Shown in pieces: positions 31,350 through 41,373 of a stretch of 64,000 nt of DNA. A program made the position numbers and the translations under genes. Within the stretch, counting starts at the first letter, position 1. Each line of letters begins with the position of its first letter. Under the pieces are notes generated by a model, which did no database searches, was not told where the DNA came from, and saw only the letters and a list, made by a program, of their open reading frames with translations. Where the stretch lies: the NCBI GenBank assembly GCA_016182425.1, contig JACPGP010000014.1, positions 26,846 to 90,845 on the forward strand, given 5' to 3'. The stretch comes from Candidatus Levyibacteriota bacterium. GTDB lineage: Bacteria > Patescibacteriota > Microgenomatia > Levybacterales > UBA12049.

Positions 31350-32935
31350 ATATAATTCTTTTTTTTGCCGACATATTTTTTCTCTTATGGCTTTTTCGTA
31401 ACGCGCTGTTTTGGATCGCTCTTTGGCAAACAAAAGAATATCGTCTTGACAGAATATCTGCTCACATAAAAGAAACAGAACAGGGTAGGAGCCTTTTTTT
31501 ATCCCCTTTGCTTTTTATTAAACTTCTGGGAATCCTTGCCTTTGGAATTGTGATTTATAATAATGTCCTTTTGCTGCCGTATCAGATTTTTGTCGGAGGC
31601 ATATTTTTTCTTCAAACGATATTCCTGGTACAGGAAATACAGAAACGAATTGTTAAAAGGCCATCATTTACAATAAAATCATCAGTTATTTTTGTTCTGA
31701 CGATTGTTGTTATTTATTTTTTCTTTTATTTTCCGTTAGTTGAAAAATCTGTTTGGTTGCTTCTTGTTGATAGACTGATTCCATTTTTTATTGCTTTTTT
31801 TGTTTTCCTTTTTTCTTTTCCCACCGAAATGTATAGAGATTTTCAAATAGGAAGAGCCCTGCAGAAAATTAGACTTAATAGGAAAATGTTGGTTATTGGG
31901 ATTACTGGGAGTTATGGGAAAAGTTCCACAAAGGAGTTTGTCTCGCAAATCTTAAAAAAGAAATTTAGGCTTCTTAAAACAAAAGGAACAAATAACACAC
32001 CAATTGGTATAGCCCGTACTATTAATTTAGGCTTACAGCAAAATACAGAAATTTTTGTAGTGGAAATGGGGGCATATAAGGAAGGGGAAATTGCAGATAT
32101 TTGTCGGATTGTTAGACCGCAAATTGGCGTACTAACAGCTGTAAATAAACAGCATGTTTCACTATTTGGTAGTTTGGAAAAAACGCTTGCGGCAAAGTAC
32201 GAACTTATCGAAAGCTTGCCAAAAAACGGTCTTGCTATTTTTAATGGTAATAATCAGAACGCTTACTCTTTGTATCAAAAAACAAATAAAAAAAAGATTC
32301 TTTACCTGTGCGGCACTCAAAAGCAAAAAGCCGATATTATTGCTTCCCATATTTGCATGGAAAAAACGCATGTAACATTTGAAGTGTATCTTCAAAGAAA
32401 AAAGATTCGGTTCAAAGCTCCCGTTATTGGTGGGTATAATGTGGAAAATATTCTTCCTGGGATATATCTTGCTTTTCATTTAGGGATGAAGGTTGACCAG
32501 ATAAAAGAGGCGGTTTCTTCCCTTGCGTTACCTCCTCATACCATGACACGATACGAAGTTGGCGGCATAAGCTTTATTGATGATACATTTAATGCAAATC
32601 CTCAAGCCGTACTTTCGGCATTAGAGTATATGAAAATTTATCCTCGTAAAAAAATACTGGTGTTGCAACCTCTTATAGAATTAGGGGAATATGGAGATAA
32701 TGAACATCGTCTTATTGGAAAAGCAATAGGAGATGTATGTGATTATTTACTTTTGACAAATAAAAATTATCATAATGCCATACTTAATGGGATAAAAAGA
32801 GGAAGAAAAAAGTGTGTTGTGTATATAGGCAGTGTTCAGGAAATTGTTTGGTTTTTAAACAAAAATACCAAGAGGGGAGATGTGGTTGTTTTTGAAGGAA
32901 AAGAGGCAGGAGGGGCATTAGGGAAAATACTCTAG
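31346..32935 (+). CDS. murF: MurF-like ligase with an N-terminal multi-TM extension
   Basis: GITGSYGKSSTKE, NNTPIG, VEMGA, DDTFNANP, ELG; about 160 hydrophobic N-terminal residues. Confidence 0.85.
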   Translation: MNIILFFADIFFLLWLFRNALFWIALWQTKEYRLDRISAHIKETEQGRSLFLSPLLFIKLLGILAFGIVIYNNVLLLPYQIFVGGIFFLQTIFLVQEIQKRIVKRPSFTIKSSVIFVLTIVVIYFFFYFPLVEKSVWLLLVDRLIPFFIAFFVFLFSFPTEMYRDFQIGRALQKIRLNRKMLVIGITGSYGKSSTKEFVSQILKKKFRLLKTKGTNNTPIGIARTINLGLQQNTEIFVVEMGAYKEGEIADICRIVRPQIGVLTAVNKQHVSLFGSLEKTLAAKYELIESLPKNGLAIFNGNNQNAYSLYQKTNKKKILYLCGTQKQKADIIASHICMEKTHVTFEVYLQRKKIRFKAPVIGGYNVENILPGIYLAFHLGMKVDQIKEAVSSLALPPHTMTRYEVGGISFIDDTFNANPQAVLSALEYMKIYPRKKILVLQPLIELGEYGDNEHRLIGKAIGDVCDYLLLTNKNYHNAILNGIKRGRKKCVVYIGSVQEIVWFLNKNTKRGDVVVFEGKEAGGALGKIL

Positions 32936-32936
32936 T

Positions 32937-34160
32937 ATGAAGAGACCAATTGCGATCTCGTTAGCACCAAATCTTGAAGGAATCGATGTGCTTCTGGCAC
33001 TGAAACTGCTTTTTTCTCCCTTTTCGTGGTTTAACGGAGGCCATGTAAAAGCGTTTGAGCAGTGGTTTCGTGAGTATTTTGAGGTTTTTTATGCGGTTTC
33101 ATTTGCAAGCGCAAGAGGTGCATTAATTGGTGTTCTAAAAAGTGCTGGAATACAACAAGGAGATGAAGTTATCTTACAAGCATTCACCTGTGTTGCCGTA
33201 CCAAACGCAGCTATTGCAGTAGGAGGAAAACCAGTGTACGTTGATATTGATAGCGCGTTTACACTAGATGTAGAAGATTTTGAGAGAAAGATAACAAAAA
33301 AAACAAAAGCAATCATTGTCCAGCACACTTTTGGTATTGCGGCCGATATGAAAAAAATTCGTTTCATTGCCAAAAAACATAATTTGTTTGTTATTGAGGA
33401 TTGCGCGCATGTTATAGGTGGTATGTACGAGGGTAAAAAACTTGGGACACTTGGAGACGCTGCAATTTTTAGCTTTGGAAGGGACAAGGCATTTTCTTCT
33501 GTTTTTGGCGGCATGGCAATTACAAACAAGGAAGAACTTGGAAAAAAAATTCGCCAGTTTCAAAAAACCCAAGATTACCCAAGTATTTTCTGGATTTTTC
33601 AGCAACTCTTTCATCCTGTAGCTTTTTTTCTTATTCTTCCGTTGTACAATTTTTTTTCAATAGGCAAAATATTGCTTCTTGTCTTGCAAAAAGTTAGATT
33701 ATTATCTTTTCCTGTGCTTCCTTTAGAAAAGCAGGGGAAAACAGATGAGCAGTGTCTAAAAAAAATGCCTAATCCTCTTGCCAAGCTCGCTTTTTTTCAA
33801 TTAAAAAAAATTGAAGTATTTAACAAAAAACGAAAAGAACTTGCAAAAATATATGCAGAAATTTTGGGAGGGAGGTATATAGATGGCACTGTATATCTTA
33901 GATACCCATTTCTTGTGGAAAAAAGAGATTCTCTTTTTGAAGCCTTAAAAAAGAAAGGGGTATATATTGGCAAATGGTACTCAGAGGTTGTCGATCCAAA
34001 AGGTACTAATTTTGCGAATATTTTTTATCAAAAGGGCAGTTGTTTAAACGCGGAAAGATTAGCAAAAAAAGTTATTAATTTACCGACATATCCAACAATG
34101 ACACGTGATGATGCTAAAAAAACAGCATTATTAATTAAACAATATGTTGCAAATACGTGA
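32937..34160 (+). CDS. DegT/DnrJ-family PLP-dependent aminotransferase
   Basis: GDEVILQAFTCVAV, VQHTFG, IEDCAH, SFGRDK, NLPTYP. Confidence 0.9.
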   Translation: MKRPIAISLAPNLEGIDVLLALKLLFSPFSWFNGGHVKAFEQWFREYFEVFYAVSFASARGALIGVLKSAGIQQGDEVILQAFTCVAVPNAAIAVGGKPVYVDIDSAFTLDVEDFERKITKKTKAIIVQHTFGIAADMKKIRFIAKKHNLFVIEDCAHVIGGMYEGKKLGTLGDAAIFSFGRDKAFSSVFGGMAITNKEELGKKIRQFQKTQDYPSIFWIFQQLFHPVAFFLILPLYNFFSIGKILLLVLQKVRLLSFPVLPLEKQGKTDEQCLKKMPNPLAKLAFFQLKKIEVFNKKRKELAKIYAEILGGRYIDGTVYLRYPFLVEKRDSLFEALKKKGVYIGKWYSEVVDPKGTNFANIFYQKGSCLNAERLAKKVINLPTYPTMTRDDAKKTALLIKQYVANT

Positions 34161-35163
34161 AGTTAAAGATAAGAAACATTGGGATACATTTTTAGAAAAA
34201 AAAGATATTGTTTTTTACCCTTTTTTCCAATCCTGGAAATGGGGGGAAGTACAAAAACGATTAGGGCGTACTGTTTGGCGTCTAGGGGTTTATAATGGAA
34301 AGCAGATTGTTGCAATTTGCCAAATCGTAGATATTAAAGCTAGAAGAGGGCATTATCTTCATCTTCGTCATGGGCCTGTGCTTTTGCCTTTCGACAAGAA
34401 TGTTTTTGAAGAAATTATTTCGTGCGCGTCGGATTTGGCAAAAAAAGAGGGTGTTTTTTTCATTCGAATGAGCCCTGTTGTGCCAAAAGAGCATATAGAC
34501 TACGCAATGTTAAGAGAAAGAGGTTTTAGAGATGCTCCCATACACAACATGGATGCCGAAGTTTGTTGGGTGCTTGATATAACAAAATCAGAAGACGAAC
34601 TACTAAAACAAATGCGAAAAACTCATAGATACCTTATACGAAAAGCGCAATCTATGGAGATAAAAGTTGTTCGAACAAATAAATCTTCCTATATTAATGA
34701 TTTTCTCAGCCTTTACAGTGCATTATCACATAGAAAACATTTTGTTCCTCATAGGGGAGTTAAGGAAGAATTTGAGGAGTTTTCCAAAGACGATGAGGAA
34801 CTTCTTTTCTTAGCATATTATAATGGTAAAGTTATAAGTGGCGCGCTTATTGCTTATGTAGGACAGATGGCAATTTATCGGCATGGAGCTTCGGATGCGA
34901 GGTATCGGGATATTCCCGCTTCCTATCTATTGCAATGGGAGGCAATCAGAGAAGCAAAAAAGCGAGAAAAAACCCTCTATAATTTTTGGGGTATTGCTCC
35001 AATTGATAATCCAAATCACCCCTGGCAAGGGTTAACGCTTTTTAAGACTGGTTTTGGAGGTAAAAAGTTAGAGCTTCTTCACGCCCAAGACTTGCCGCTT
35101 TCTCCTCTGTACTGGAAAACCTACGCAATCGAACGCCTCACCACCTGGCTCAAGGGCTACTAA
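34144..35163 (+). CDS. FemABX-family aminoacyl-tRNA peptidyltransferase
   Basis: FFQSWKWGE, GP, RKTHRYLIRKA, YLLQWEAI, YNFWGI, FKTGFGG. Confidence 0.9.
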   Translation: MLQIREVKDKKHWDTFLEKKDIVFYPFFQSWKWGEVQKRLGRTVWRLGVYNGKQIVAICQIVDIKARRGHYLHLRHGPVLLPFDKNVFEEIISCASDLAKKEGVFFIRMSPVVPKEHIDYAMLRERGFRDAPIHNMDAEVCWVLDITKSEDELLKQMRKTHRYLIRKAQSMEIKVVRTNKSSYINDFLSLYSALSHRKHFVPHRGVKEEFEEFSKDDEELLFLAYYNGKVISGALIAYVGQMAIYRHGASDARYRDIPASYLLQWEAIREAKKREKTLYNFWGIAPIDNPNHPWQGLTLFKTGFGGKKLELLHAQDLPLSPLYWKTYAIERLTTWLKGY

Positions 35164-35182
35164 ATTATAAATTATGTTTGGT

Positions 35183-35212
35183 TTGCTTAAGTAGGGGTTT
35201 TAGCAGTATAAT
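35183..35212 (+). promoter_or_regulatory. mraY promoter (leaderless-type)
   Basis: TTGCTT-18nt-TATAAT, 8 nt before ATG 35221. Confidence 0.6.
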
Positions 35213-35220
35213 ACAATTCT

Positions 35221-36237
35221 ATGGCGCAGGTGTTGGGACTGATGATCCTTTCTTTTTTTATAACAGGGATTCTTTTAGTCCCCTTTATTGATTTTCTGTA
35301 CAAGGTAAAGGTGCAGCGACAGAAACAAAAGACTAAAGACATTTTTGAGAAGCGAACACCACTTTTTGATAAGCACCATGCATGGAAAGTGGGAACGCCG
35401 TTTGGCGGAGGGGTGCTTGTTATTGTCATTGTGTCGGTCTTAACGCTTTGGGCGTATGGCATATTTGGTATTCCTGTAAAGCCTTGGGAGCTTTTTGTTC
35501 TTCTTTTTTCATTTGTTGGTTTTGGCCTGCTTGGTTTGTATGACGATCTAAAAAAGCTTGTGAACGGGAAAAAGACTACGTTTTTTGGACTGCGGTTTAG
35601 GCATAAGTTTCTTATTCAGTGGATTCTTGCTTTTATTATTGCAGCAATTATGTACTATAAGTTGGGATACACATTTATTTTTATTCATGGGTTTGGCTTG
35701 GCAACATTAGGAATTTTATATATCTTTTTTGCGGCATTTGTAATTGTTTCTTTTACAAATGCATTTAATATTGCTGATGGTCTGGATGGTTTGGCAAGCG
35801 GTCTGCTTTTGATTTGTCTAGGGGCGTTTTTAGCAATTGCATCTTCCCAGCTTGATGATGCATTGGGTGTTTTTATTGCCATACTTATGGGAAGCGTTAT
35901 GGCATTTTTGTACTTTAATATTTACAGAGCGAGGCTTTGGCTTGGAGATGTAGGGTCTATGTCACTTGGCGCTGCGCTTGCTGTAATTGGACTTCTGACA
36001 GGAAAAACACTAGCTCTTGCTGTGATTGGAGGGGTATTTGTTTTGGAGGTAGGATCATCATTGCTACAAATTTTGAGTAAAAAATTTTTTCGAAAAAAGA
36101 TTTTTCTCGCAACACCGCTTCATCTTTATTTGCAGGAGCGAGGGTGGGAAGAGCCAAAGATTGTGATGCGAGCGTGGCTTTTGGGGTTTCTTTTTGCAAT
36201 TATTGGTTTATACCTTGCATTCATCAAAGTCGGCTGA
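35221..36237 (+). CDS. mraY: Phospho-MurNAc-pentapeptide transferase
   Basis: KVGTPFGGG, GLYDD, NIADGLDGLA, GDVGS, PLH. Confidence 0.94.
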   Translation: MAQVLGLMILSFFITGILLVPFIDFLYKVKVQRQKQKTKDIFEKRTPLFDKHHAWKVGTPFGGGVLVIVIVSVLTLWAYGIFGIPVKPWELFVLLFSFVGFGLLGLYDDLKKLVNGKKTTFFGLRFRHKFLIQWILAFIIAAIMYYKLGYTFIFIHGFGLATLGILYIFFAAFVIVSFTNAFNIADGLDGLASGLLLICLGAFLAIASSQLDDALGVFIAILMGSVMAFLYFNIYRARLWLGDVGSMSLGAALAVIGLLTGKTLALAVIGGVFVLEVGSSLLQILSKKFFRKKIFLATPLHLYLQERGWEEPKIVMRAWLLGFLFAIIGLYLAFIKVG

Positions 36238-36241
36238 TTTC

Positions 36242-37309
36242 ATGAGAAAGATTGATACTGTTCTGCTCGCGACTGTAGTTCTTCTTACTTTTTTTGGCCT
36301 ACTTATGATTTACGATGCCTCGTCTTTTATCGCATTTAGAGATTTTTCGGATAAATATCATTACATTAAAGATCAATTTCGTTGGGCCACTTTAGGGTTT
36401 TTAGGATTATTATTTTTTTCTTTTTTCGATTATCATAAATTATACAATTTATCTTTGCCGATTCTTGTTGCGGCTCTTGTTTTGCTTATTTTGGTGTTTG
36501 TGCCCGGAATTGGAGTTTTCGTTTTGGGAGCAAGGCGGTGGATTAATACCGGATTTTTTGTGGTGCAGCCAGCCGAGTTTGTGAAGCTGGCGCTTGCCAT
36601 ATATCTTTCGGCTTGGTTTTCGAAAAAAGAGAAAGGAAGACTACTGGCTTTTCTACTGCTGTTGGGAGTAGTTGTTGCTCTTATTATGCTAGAGCCGGAC
36701 ATGGGCACAGCTGCCATTGTGCTTTTTGAGGCGTTGGTGGCGTACTTTTTATCGGGAGGGAATATTTTGTCTTTTATATTTTTACTGCCGGTTGTTGGAG
36801 CTCTGGGATTTCTTTTGATTAAAGTTGAGCCGTACCGGCTGGAGCGTTTGATGGCATTCTTGCGGCCAATTGATGCATTTTCATCTTCTTATCATGTAAA
36901 GCAGATTTTAATAGCATTTGGTATGGGAGGAATAACAGGAGTGGGACTTGGCAATTCTTTGCAAAAATTTGCATATCTTCCCGAGAATACGACTGATTCA
37001 ATTTTCGCGATTATTGCTGAGGAATTGGGATTTATCGGAGCTTCGGTTTTGATTATCGCATATATTACGCTTTGCTGGCGTGGATTTCTCATCGCGGCAA
37101 AAGCAAGAGATATGTTTGGAAAATTGCTAGCCGGGACAATTACTTCGTTTCTTGCGATTCAAATGATTATTAATCTAAGCTCTCAGACAGTGCTGATTCC
37201 TTTAACTGGGGTGCCCCTGCCGTTTATCTCGTACGGAGGATCGTCGCTGGTGGTTGATTTGTGTGCAGTAGGGATAGTTTTGAATATTGCCAAGCAAGGC
37301 AATGCTTAA
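36242..37309 (+). CDS. ftsW: SEDS peptidoglycan polymerase FtsW
   Basis: ARRWI, QPAEFVK, EPDMGT, LPENTTDSIFAIIAEELG, PFISYGGSS; ATG 36242. Confidence 0.94.
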   Translation: MRKIDTVLLATVVLLTFFGLLMIYDASSFIAFRDFSDKYHYIKDQFRWATLGFLGLLFFSFFDYHKLYNLSLPILVAALVLLILVFVPGIGVFVLGARRWINTGFFVVQPAEFVKLALAIYLSAWFSKKEKGRLLAFLLLLGVVVALIMLEPDMGTAAIVLFEALVAYFLSGGNILSFIFLLPVVGALGFLLIKVEPYRLERLMAFLRPIDAFSSSYHVKQILIAFGMGGITGVGLGNSLQKFAYLPENTTDSIFAIIAEELGFIGASVLIIAYITLCWRGFLIAAKARDMFGKLLAGTITSFLAIQMIINLSSQTVLIPLTGVPLPFISYGGSSLVVDLCAVGIVLNIAKQGNA

Positions 37310-37314
37310 CAAAT

Positions 37315-38445
37315 ATGAATATGCGACTTATTATTGCTGTCGGCGGGGGCGGGCATTTTGCTCCTGCTCTTGCGATACTTCCATTTCTGCCAAAAGGGGC
37401 GGAGGTTCTTATTATCGGGAGAAAGTATTCTTTTGAGGGAGATAAAGCGTTGTCTCTGGAGTACCAAACAGCCAAGCGCCTAGGTATTTTGTTTGCTCCG
37501 CTTACTACAGGAAGACTGCAGAGAGTGTTTACACGCCATACCATTCCTTCGCTTTTGCGGTTTCCTCATGGCGTTTTGCAGGCATATAAAATCTTGCGTG
37601 TGTTTAAACCTAAGGTGGTTTTATCTTTTGGCGGATATATCTCGTTGCCGGTTGTTCTGGCAGCGTATTTTCTGCGGATTCCGGTTGTTCTTCACGAACA
37701 GACACTAGAGGCTGGCATGGCCAATAGAATTGGCTCGTTTTTTGCCAAGAAAGTGTGTGTTTCGTGGGAAACATCAATTAGATTTTTTCCTCATTCAAAA
37801 ACAGTATTGACGGGAAACCCGGTAAGAAAATTTTCTCCGGCTCAGCCGGACAATTCTCAATTCCCAATTTCCAATGAAAAATTACCACTTGTCTATATTA
37901 CAGGGGGGAGTGCGGGATCACACGCGATTAACGTATTGGTTGAGGGATGTATAAATAAGCTTCTTGAAAAGTTTATTGTATTGCATCAAACAGGCGACTT
38001 TAGGCAATACGAAGACTACGAGAGGCTTTGGCGTATTCGAAATAATCTGCCAAAGCCAATAAAAGACCGATACTTGCCGGTAAAATTTGTAGAGCCATTA
38101 CAGGTGGGGGCGGTGCTGGGTAAAGCAGATTTAGTAGTTGCCCGTTCAGGGATAAACACGGTTACAGAGCTTATTTTTTTTGGAAAACCGACTATTTTTA
38201 TTCCTCTCCCCTTTTCCCAAAATGATGAGCAGAAGAAAAACGCCAACTTTATGCGCGACCTCGGCCTGGCAGAAGTTTTGCCGCAGCATACTTTGACGCC
38301 AGATAAATTGCGCGCGCTTATCTTTTCGTTGTATGCAAATTTAGATGAGTATGTAAAACATGCCAAAAAAGCCCGAAGTATGGTAAAAGAAAACGCGCCG
38401 GAGAAGATTGTGGAAGTACTTATAAGTGTTTCGGCCGCAAAATAG
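37315..38445 (+). CDS. murG: Lipid II GlcNAc transferase
   Basis: GGGGHFAPALA, GGYIS, HEQ, TGNPVR, GGSAGS, RSG; start 37315 or 37321. Confidence 0.94.
   Translation: MNMRLIIAVGGGGHFAPALAILPFLPKGAEVLIIGRKYSFEGDKALSLEYQTAKRLGILFAPLTTGRLQRVFTRHTIPSLLRFPHGVLQAYKILRVFKPKVVLSFGGYISLPVVLAAYFLRIPVVLHEQTLEAGMANRIGSFFAKKVCVSWETSIRFFPHSKTVLTGNPVRKFSPAQPDNSQFPISNEKLPLVYITGGSAGSHAINVLVEGCINKLLEKFIVLHQTGDFRQYEDYERLWRIRNNLPKPIKDRYLPVKFVEPLQVGAVLGKADLVVARSGINTVTELIFFGKPTIFIPLPFSQNDEQKKNANFMRDLGLAEVLPQHTLTPDKLRALIFSLYANLDEYVKHAKKARSMVKENAPEKIVEVLISVSAAK
37836..37873 (+). repeat. TCCGGCT-C-AGCCGGA palindrome followed by ATTCTCA ATTCCCA ATTTCCA heptamers
   Basis: Read directly in the murG interdomain linker. 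Confidence 0.85.
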
Positions 38446-38448
38446 AGT

Positions 38449-38880
38449 ATGGGTAAGCATGATAAAAAAAGAAGGAAGAAATCTTTCCGAAAGGCTTTTT
38501 TGTTTTCGGCAGGAACCGCTATTTTTGTTTTTGTTATTCTCAGCTTATCTTATACTGTTTGGATTTTTCCTAAAAGACCACTTTTTATTAGTCCTCTCTC
38601 TTTAGATATTAGTAAAGACCAAGAATCGGCAACTTCCGTAAATATGCTGGAAGATCTGTTGCGAGAAAAGAATATTCGGTTTTCTCTGGTAACGCCGTTT
38701 GATGATACGTCATATCTAGTAATATTTGGCCAAGGAGAAGAAGTGTTGTTTTCTTCGCAGAAATCTTTGTCTTCGCAAGTTTCCTCTTTACAACTTATCA
38801 TGTCGCGTCTTACAATAGAGGGGAAACGTTTCACGAGGATTGATTTTCGTTTTGATACGCCAGTTATAATAACTAAATAG
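38449..38880 (+). CDS. ftsQ: Reduced FtsQ/DivIB-like protein
   Basis: Basic tail plus TM segment, C-terminal RIDFRF, between murG and ftsA. Confidence 0.6.
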   Translation: MGKHDKKRRKKSFRKAFLFSAGTAIFVFVILSLSYTVWIFPKRPLFISPLSLDISKDQESATSVNMLEDLLREKNIRFSLVTPFDDTSYLVIFGQGEEVLFSSQKSLSSQVSSLQLIMSRLTIEGKRFTRIDFRFDTPVIITK

Positions 38881-38894
38881 CAAGAAAGATTGTT

Positions 38895-40229
38895 ATGGCA
38901 GAAGGAAAAATTGTTGTCGGTGTAGATATAGGGAGTTCTAAAATTGTCACCCTTATTGCGAAAGTAGTTGATGAAACTATTAATATTCTTGGGGTTTCCG
39001 AGGTTACAGCGGCAGGCATACGAAAAGGTCAAATAGTTGATATCGAAGACGCGGTTTCGGCTGTCAATAGTTCGTTGGAGGGGGCCGAGCGCATGGCTGG
39101 TTACTCCGTGTCCCGCGTAGTGGCCGCAATTGGAGGAAATCATATTGAGAGTCAAAATTCCAAAGGGGTGGTGGCTGTGGCTACTCCTGAGGGGGAAATC
39201 ATGCCCTCTGATTTGAAGCGGGTGATTGATGCTGCCGCTGCTGTGTCTCTTTCTTCAAGTAGAGAAATTATCCATGTGCTTCCTAGAAATTACACAGTGG
39301 ACGGGCAAGAGGGAATTAAAGATCCAATCGGCATGACAGGTATTCGTTTGGAGGTAGATACACACATTATTACGGCCAGCGCCACATCTATTCGCAATTT
39401 GGAAAAAGCGTTGGATGAAGTGGGCGTTGATGTAGAAGGGATAGTAGCAAGCGGCTATGCCAGCAGTCTTTCGGTATTATCGGATACGGAGAAAGAGTTG
39501 GGTGTAGTGTTGGTTGATATTGGAGCAGGCACAACAGACATTTCTATTTATGTTGAAGGATCGGTGGCTTATTCATCTGTTTTGCCAATAGGAGCAAGAC
39601 ACATCACAAACGATTTAGCAATTGGTCTTCGTATTTCGCTGGAGTCGGCTGAGAAAATAAAGCTTTTCTTATCTTCGGTTCAGAAGGAAAAGAAACGAGT
39701 TGAGTATGACGAAGAGGAAGGTCCAAAAGAAAAAGAAGAAAAAACCATCGAGGGGAGGAAAGCAGATTTTGTGGCTAAAGGGGATGAAATAGATTTATCA
39801 GGACTGGCGCTGCCTGAAGAAATTCGAAAGGTTTCCAAAAAGACCCTCATAGAGGGTATTATTCGTCCACGCTTAAACGAAATTTTTACGTTTGTGGGGA
39901 TCGAGATTAAAAAAAGCGGTTTTGCCGGGCAGACACCGGCCGGGCTAGTGGTAACAGGAGGAGGAGCAAAAACCATTGGCGTAATAGACGCAGCCAAACG
40001 AATGTTGGCAATGCCTGTTCGCGTTGGCTTACCAAAAGAACTTAAGGGAATAACAGACGAAATAGAAGATCCGGAGTTTGCCACAGTTATAGGCCTGCTT
40101 CTTTTTGGCGCAAAGCTTGAAGTTTCTCCGTCTCTCCCATTTGGGATTTCTTTTCCTCAGCTATCGGGATTTAAATTGGGGAAGATAGCTAAAAAAGCGA
40201 TTGGGTTTATAAAATCGTTCATGCCATGA
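38895..40229 (+). CDS. ftsA: Cell division protein FtsA
   Basis: VDIGSSKI, AERMAG, VDIGAGTT, TGGGA. Confidence 0.97.
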   Translation: MAEGKIVVGVDIGSSKIVTLIAKVVDETINILGVSEVTAAGIRKGQIVDIEDAVSAVNSSLEGAERMAGYSVSRVVAAIGGNHIESQNSKGVVAVATPEGEIMPSDLKRVIDAAAAVSLSSSREIIHVLPRNYTVDGQEGIKDPIGMTGIRLEVDTHIITASATSIRNLEKALDEVGVDVEGIVASGYASSLSVLSDTEKELGVVLVDIGAGTTDISIYVEGSVAYSSVLPIGARHITNDLAIGLRISLESAEKIKLFLSSVQKEKKRVEYDEEEGPKEKEEKTIEGRKADFVAKGDEIDLSGLALPEEIRKVSKKTLIEGIIRPRLNEIFTFVGIEIKKSGFAGQTPAGLVVTGGGAKTIGVIDAAKRMLAMPVRVGLPKELKGITDEIEDPEFATVIGLLLFGAKLEVSPSLPFGISFPQLSGFKLGKIAKKAIGFIKSFMP

Positions 40230-40235
40230 TGCCTC

Positions 40236-40264
40236 TTGCAAAAAAGATTTGCTTTTGTTAGGAT
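40236..40264 (+). promoter_or_regulatory. ftsZ promoter
   Basis: TTGCAA-17nt-TAGGAT with extended -10 TG. Confidence 0.55.
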
Positions 40265-40281
40265 GATGAAGAATTTTACAT

Positions 40282-41373
40282 ATGTTAATTAAGCCACAAA
40301 CAGCAAATTTTGCCAAAATAAGGGTGATGGGTATAGGCGGCGGAGGCAATAACGCACTTAACTCCATGATTTCCCAAAGTCAAATTCAAGGCGTTGATTT
40401 TATTGCCGTAAATACCGATGCTCAGGCCCTTCTGATGTGCCAATCGGCCACAAAATTGCAAATCGGCGAGAATTTTACCAAAGGGCTGGGGTCCGGTGGT
40501 GATCCGGAAGTTGGCAGGCAAGCGGCCGAGGAGTCGACGCAGAAAATTAAAGATATTCTTGAGGGAACAGACATGGTTTTTTTAGCAGCCGGTATGGGCG
40601 GAGGTACTGGGACTGGTGCAACGCCAATTATTGCCAAAGTTGCTAAAGAAGTAGGAGCATTGACAATCGCCGTTGTGACAAAGCCATTTTCTTTTGAAGG
40701 AACAAGACGGATGGTAACTGCCGAGGATGGGGTAGAGAATTTACGTGATAAAGTAGACACGCTTATTGTTATTCCAAACCAGCGGATTTTGGATGTGGTG
40801 GATCGAAAACTATCGCTTCTTGAGGCGTTCAAAGTGGCAGATTCAGTGCTTACCCAAGGTGTGCACGGAATTTCGGATCTTATTACCATGCCCGGTCTTA
40901 TTAATGTTGATTTTGCCGATGTTAGAACCATTATGACTAACGCAGGATCAGCTCTTATGGGTATAGGTACGGGTGTGGGAGAAAACAGGGCCCAAACTGC
41001 AGCCAGAACAGCCATTGCCTCGCCGCTTTTGGAAATTTCTATGGATGGTGCACGGGGAGTATTATTTAATATCATTGGCGGGCCTGATTTAACTATGAGC
41101 GAGGTTGATGAAGCGGCAAAAATTATTGCCGCAGCTGCCGATCCAGACGCCAATATTATCTTTGGCGCCACTATTGATGAGGCCATGCGCGACCAGTTAA
41201 AAATTACTGTTGTGGCAACAGGCTTTGACCAAACAAAGCAGCGGCTTAAAGAATTTGTTGTTCCAGAAAAAAAAGCAGAAGAGCAAAAATCTCAAGTTTT
41301 ATCTTCTGAGAAGCCAGAAGAAGAGGAAGAAGACGTCTTTGAAATCCCCGCATTCTTGAGGCAAAGAAATTAG
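40282..41373 (+). CDS. ftsZ: Cell division protein FtsZ
   Basis: [23 protein letters not shown]-terminal EIPAFLR. Confidence 0.98.
   Translation: MLIKPQTANFAKIRVMGIGGGGNNALNSMISQSQIQGVDFIAVNTDAQALLMCQSATKLQIGENFTKGLGSGGDPEVGRQAAEESTQKIKDILEGTDMVFLAAGMGGGTGTGATPIIAKVAKEVGALTIAVVTKPFSFEGTRRMVTAEDGVENLRDKVDTLIVIPNQRILDVVDRKLSLLEAFKVADSVLTQGVHGISDLITMPGLINVDFADVRTIMTNAGSALMGIGTGVGENRAQTAARTAIASPLLEISMDGARGVLFNIIGGPDLTMSEVDEAAKIIAAAADPDANIIFGATIDEAMRDQLKITVVATGFDQTKQRLKEFVVPEKKAEEQKSQVLSSEKPEEEEEDVFEIPAFLRQRN

Noticed and set aside
37758..37773. parS-like TGTTTCGTGGGAAACA in murG
   Set aside because: Three mismatches in the central positions of the TGTTTCACGTGAAACA consensus, single copy, and explainable by the coding sequence CVSWET
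40422..41186. 254-aa minus-strand ORF, and similar antisense ORFs at 38550 and 39680
   Set aside because: Antisense shadows of ftsZ/ftsA/ftsQ with no recognisable motifs
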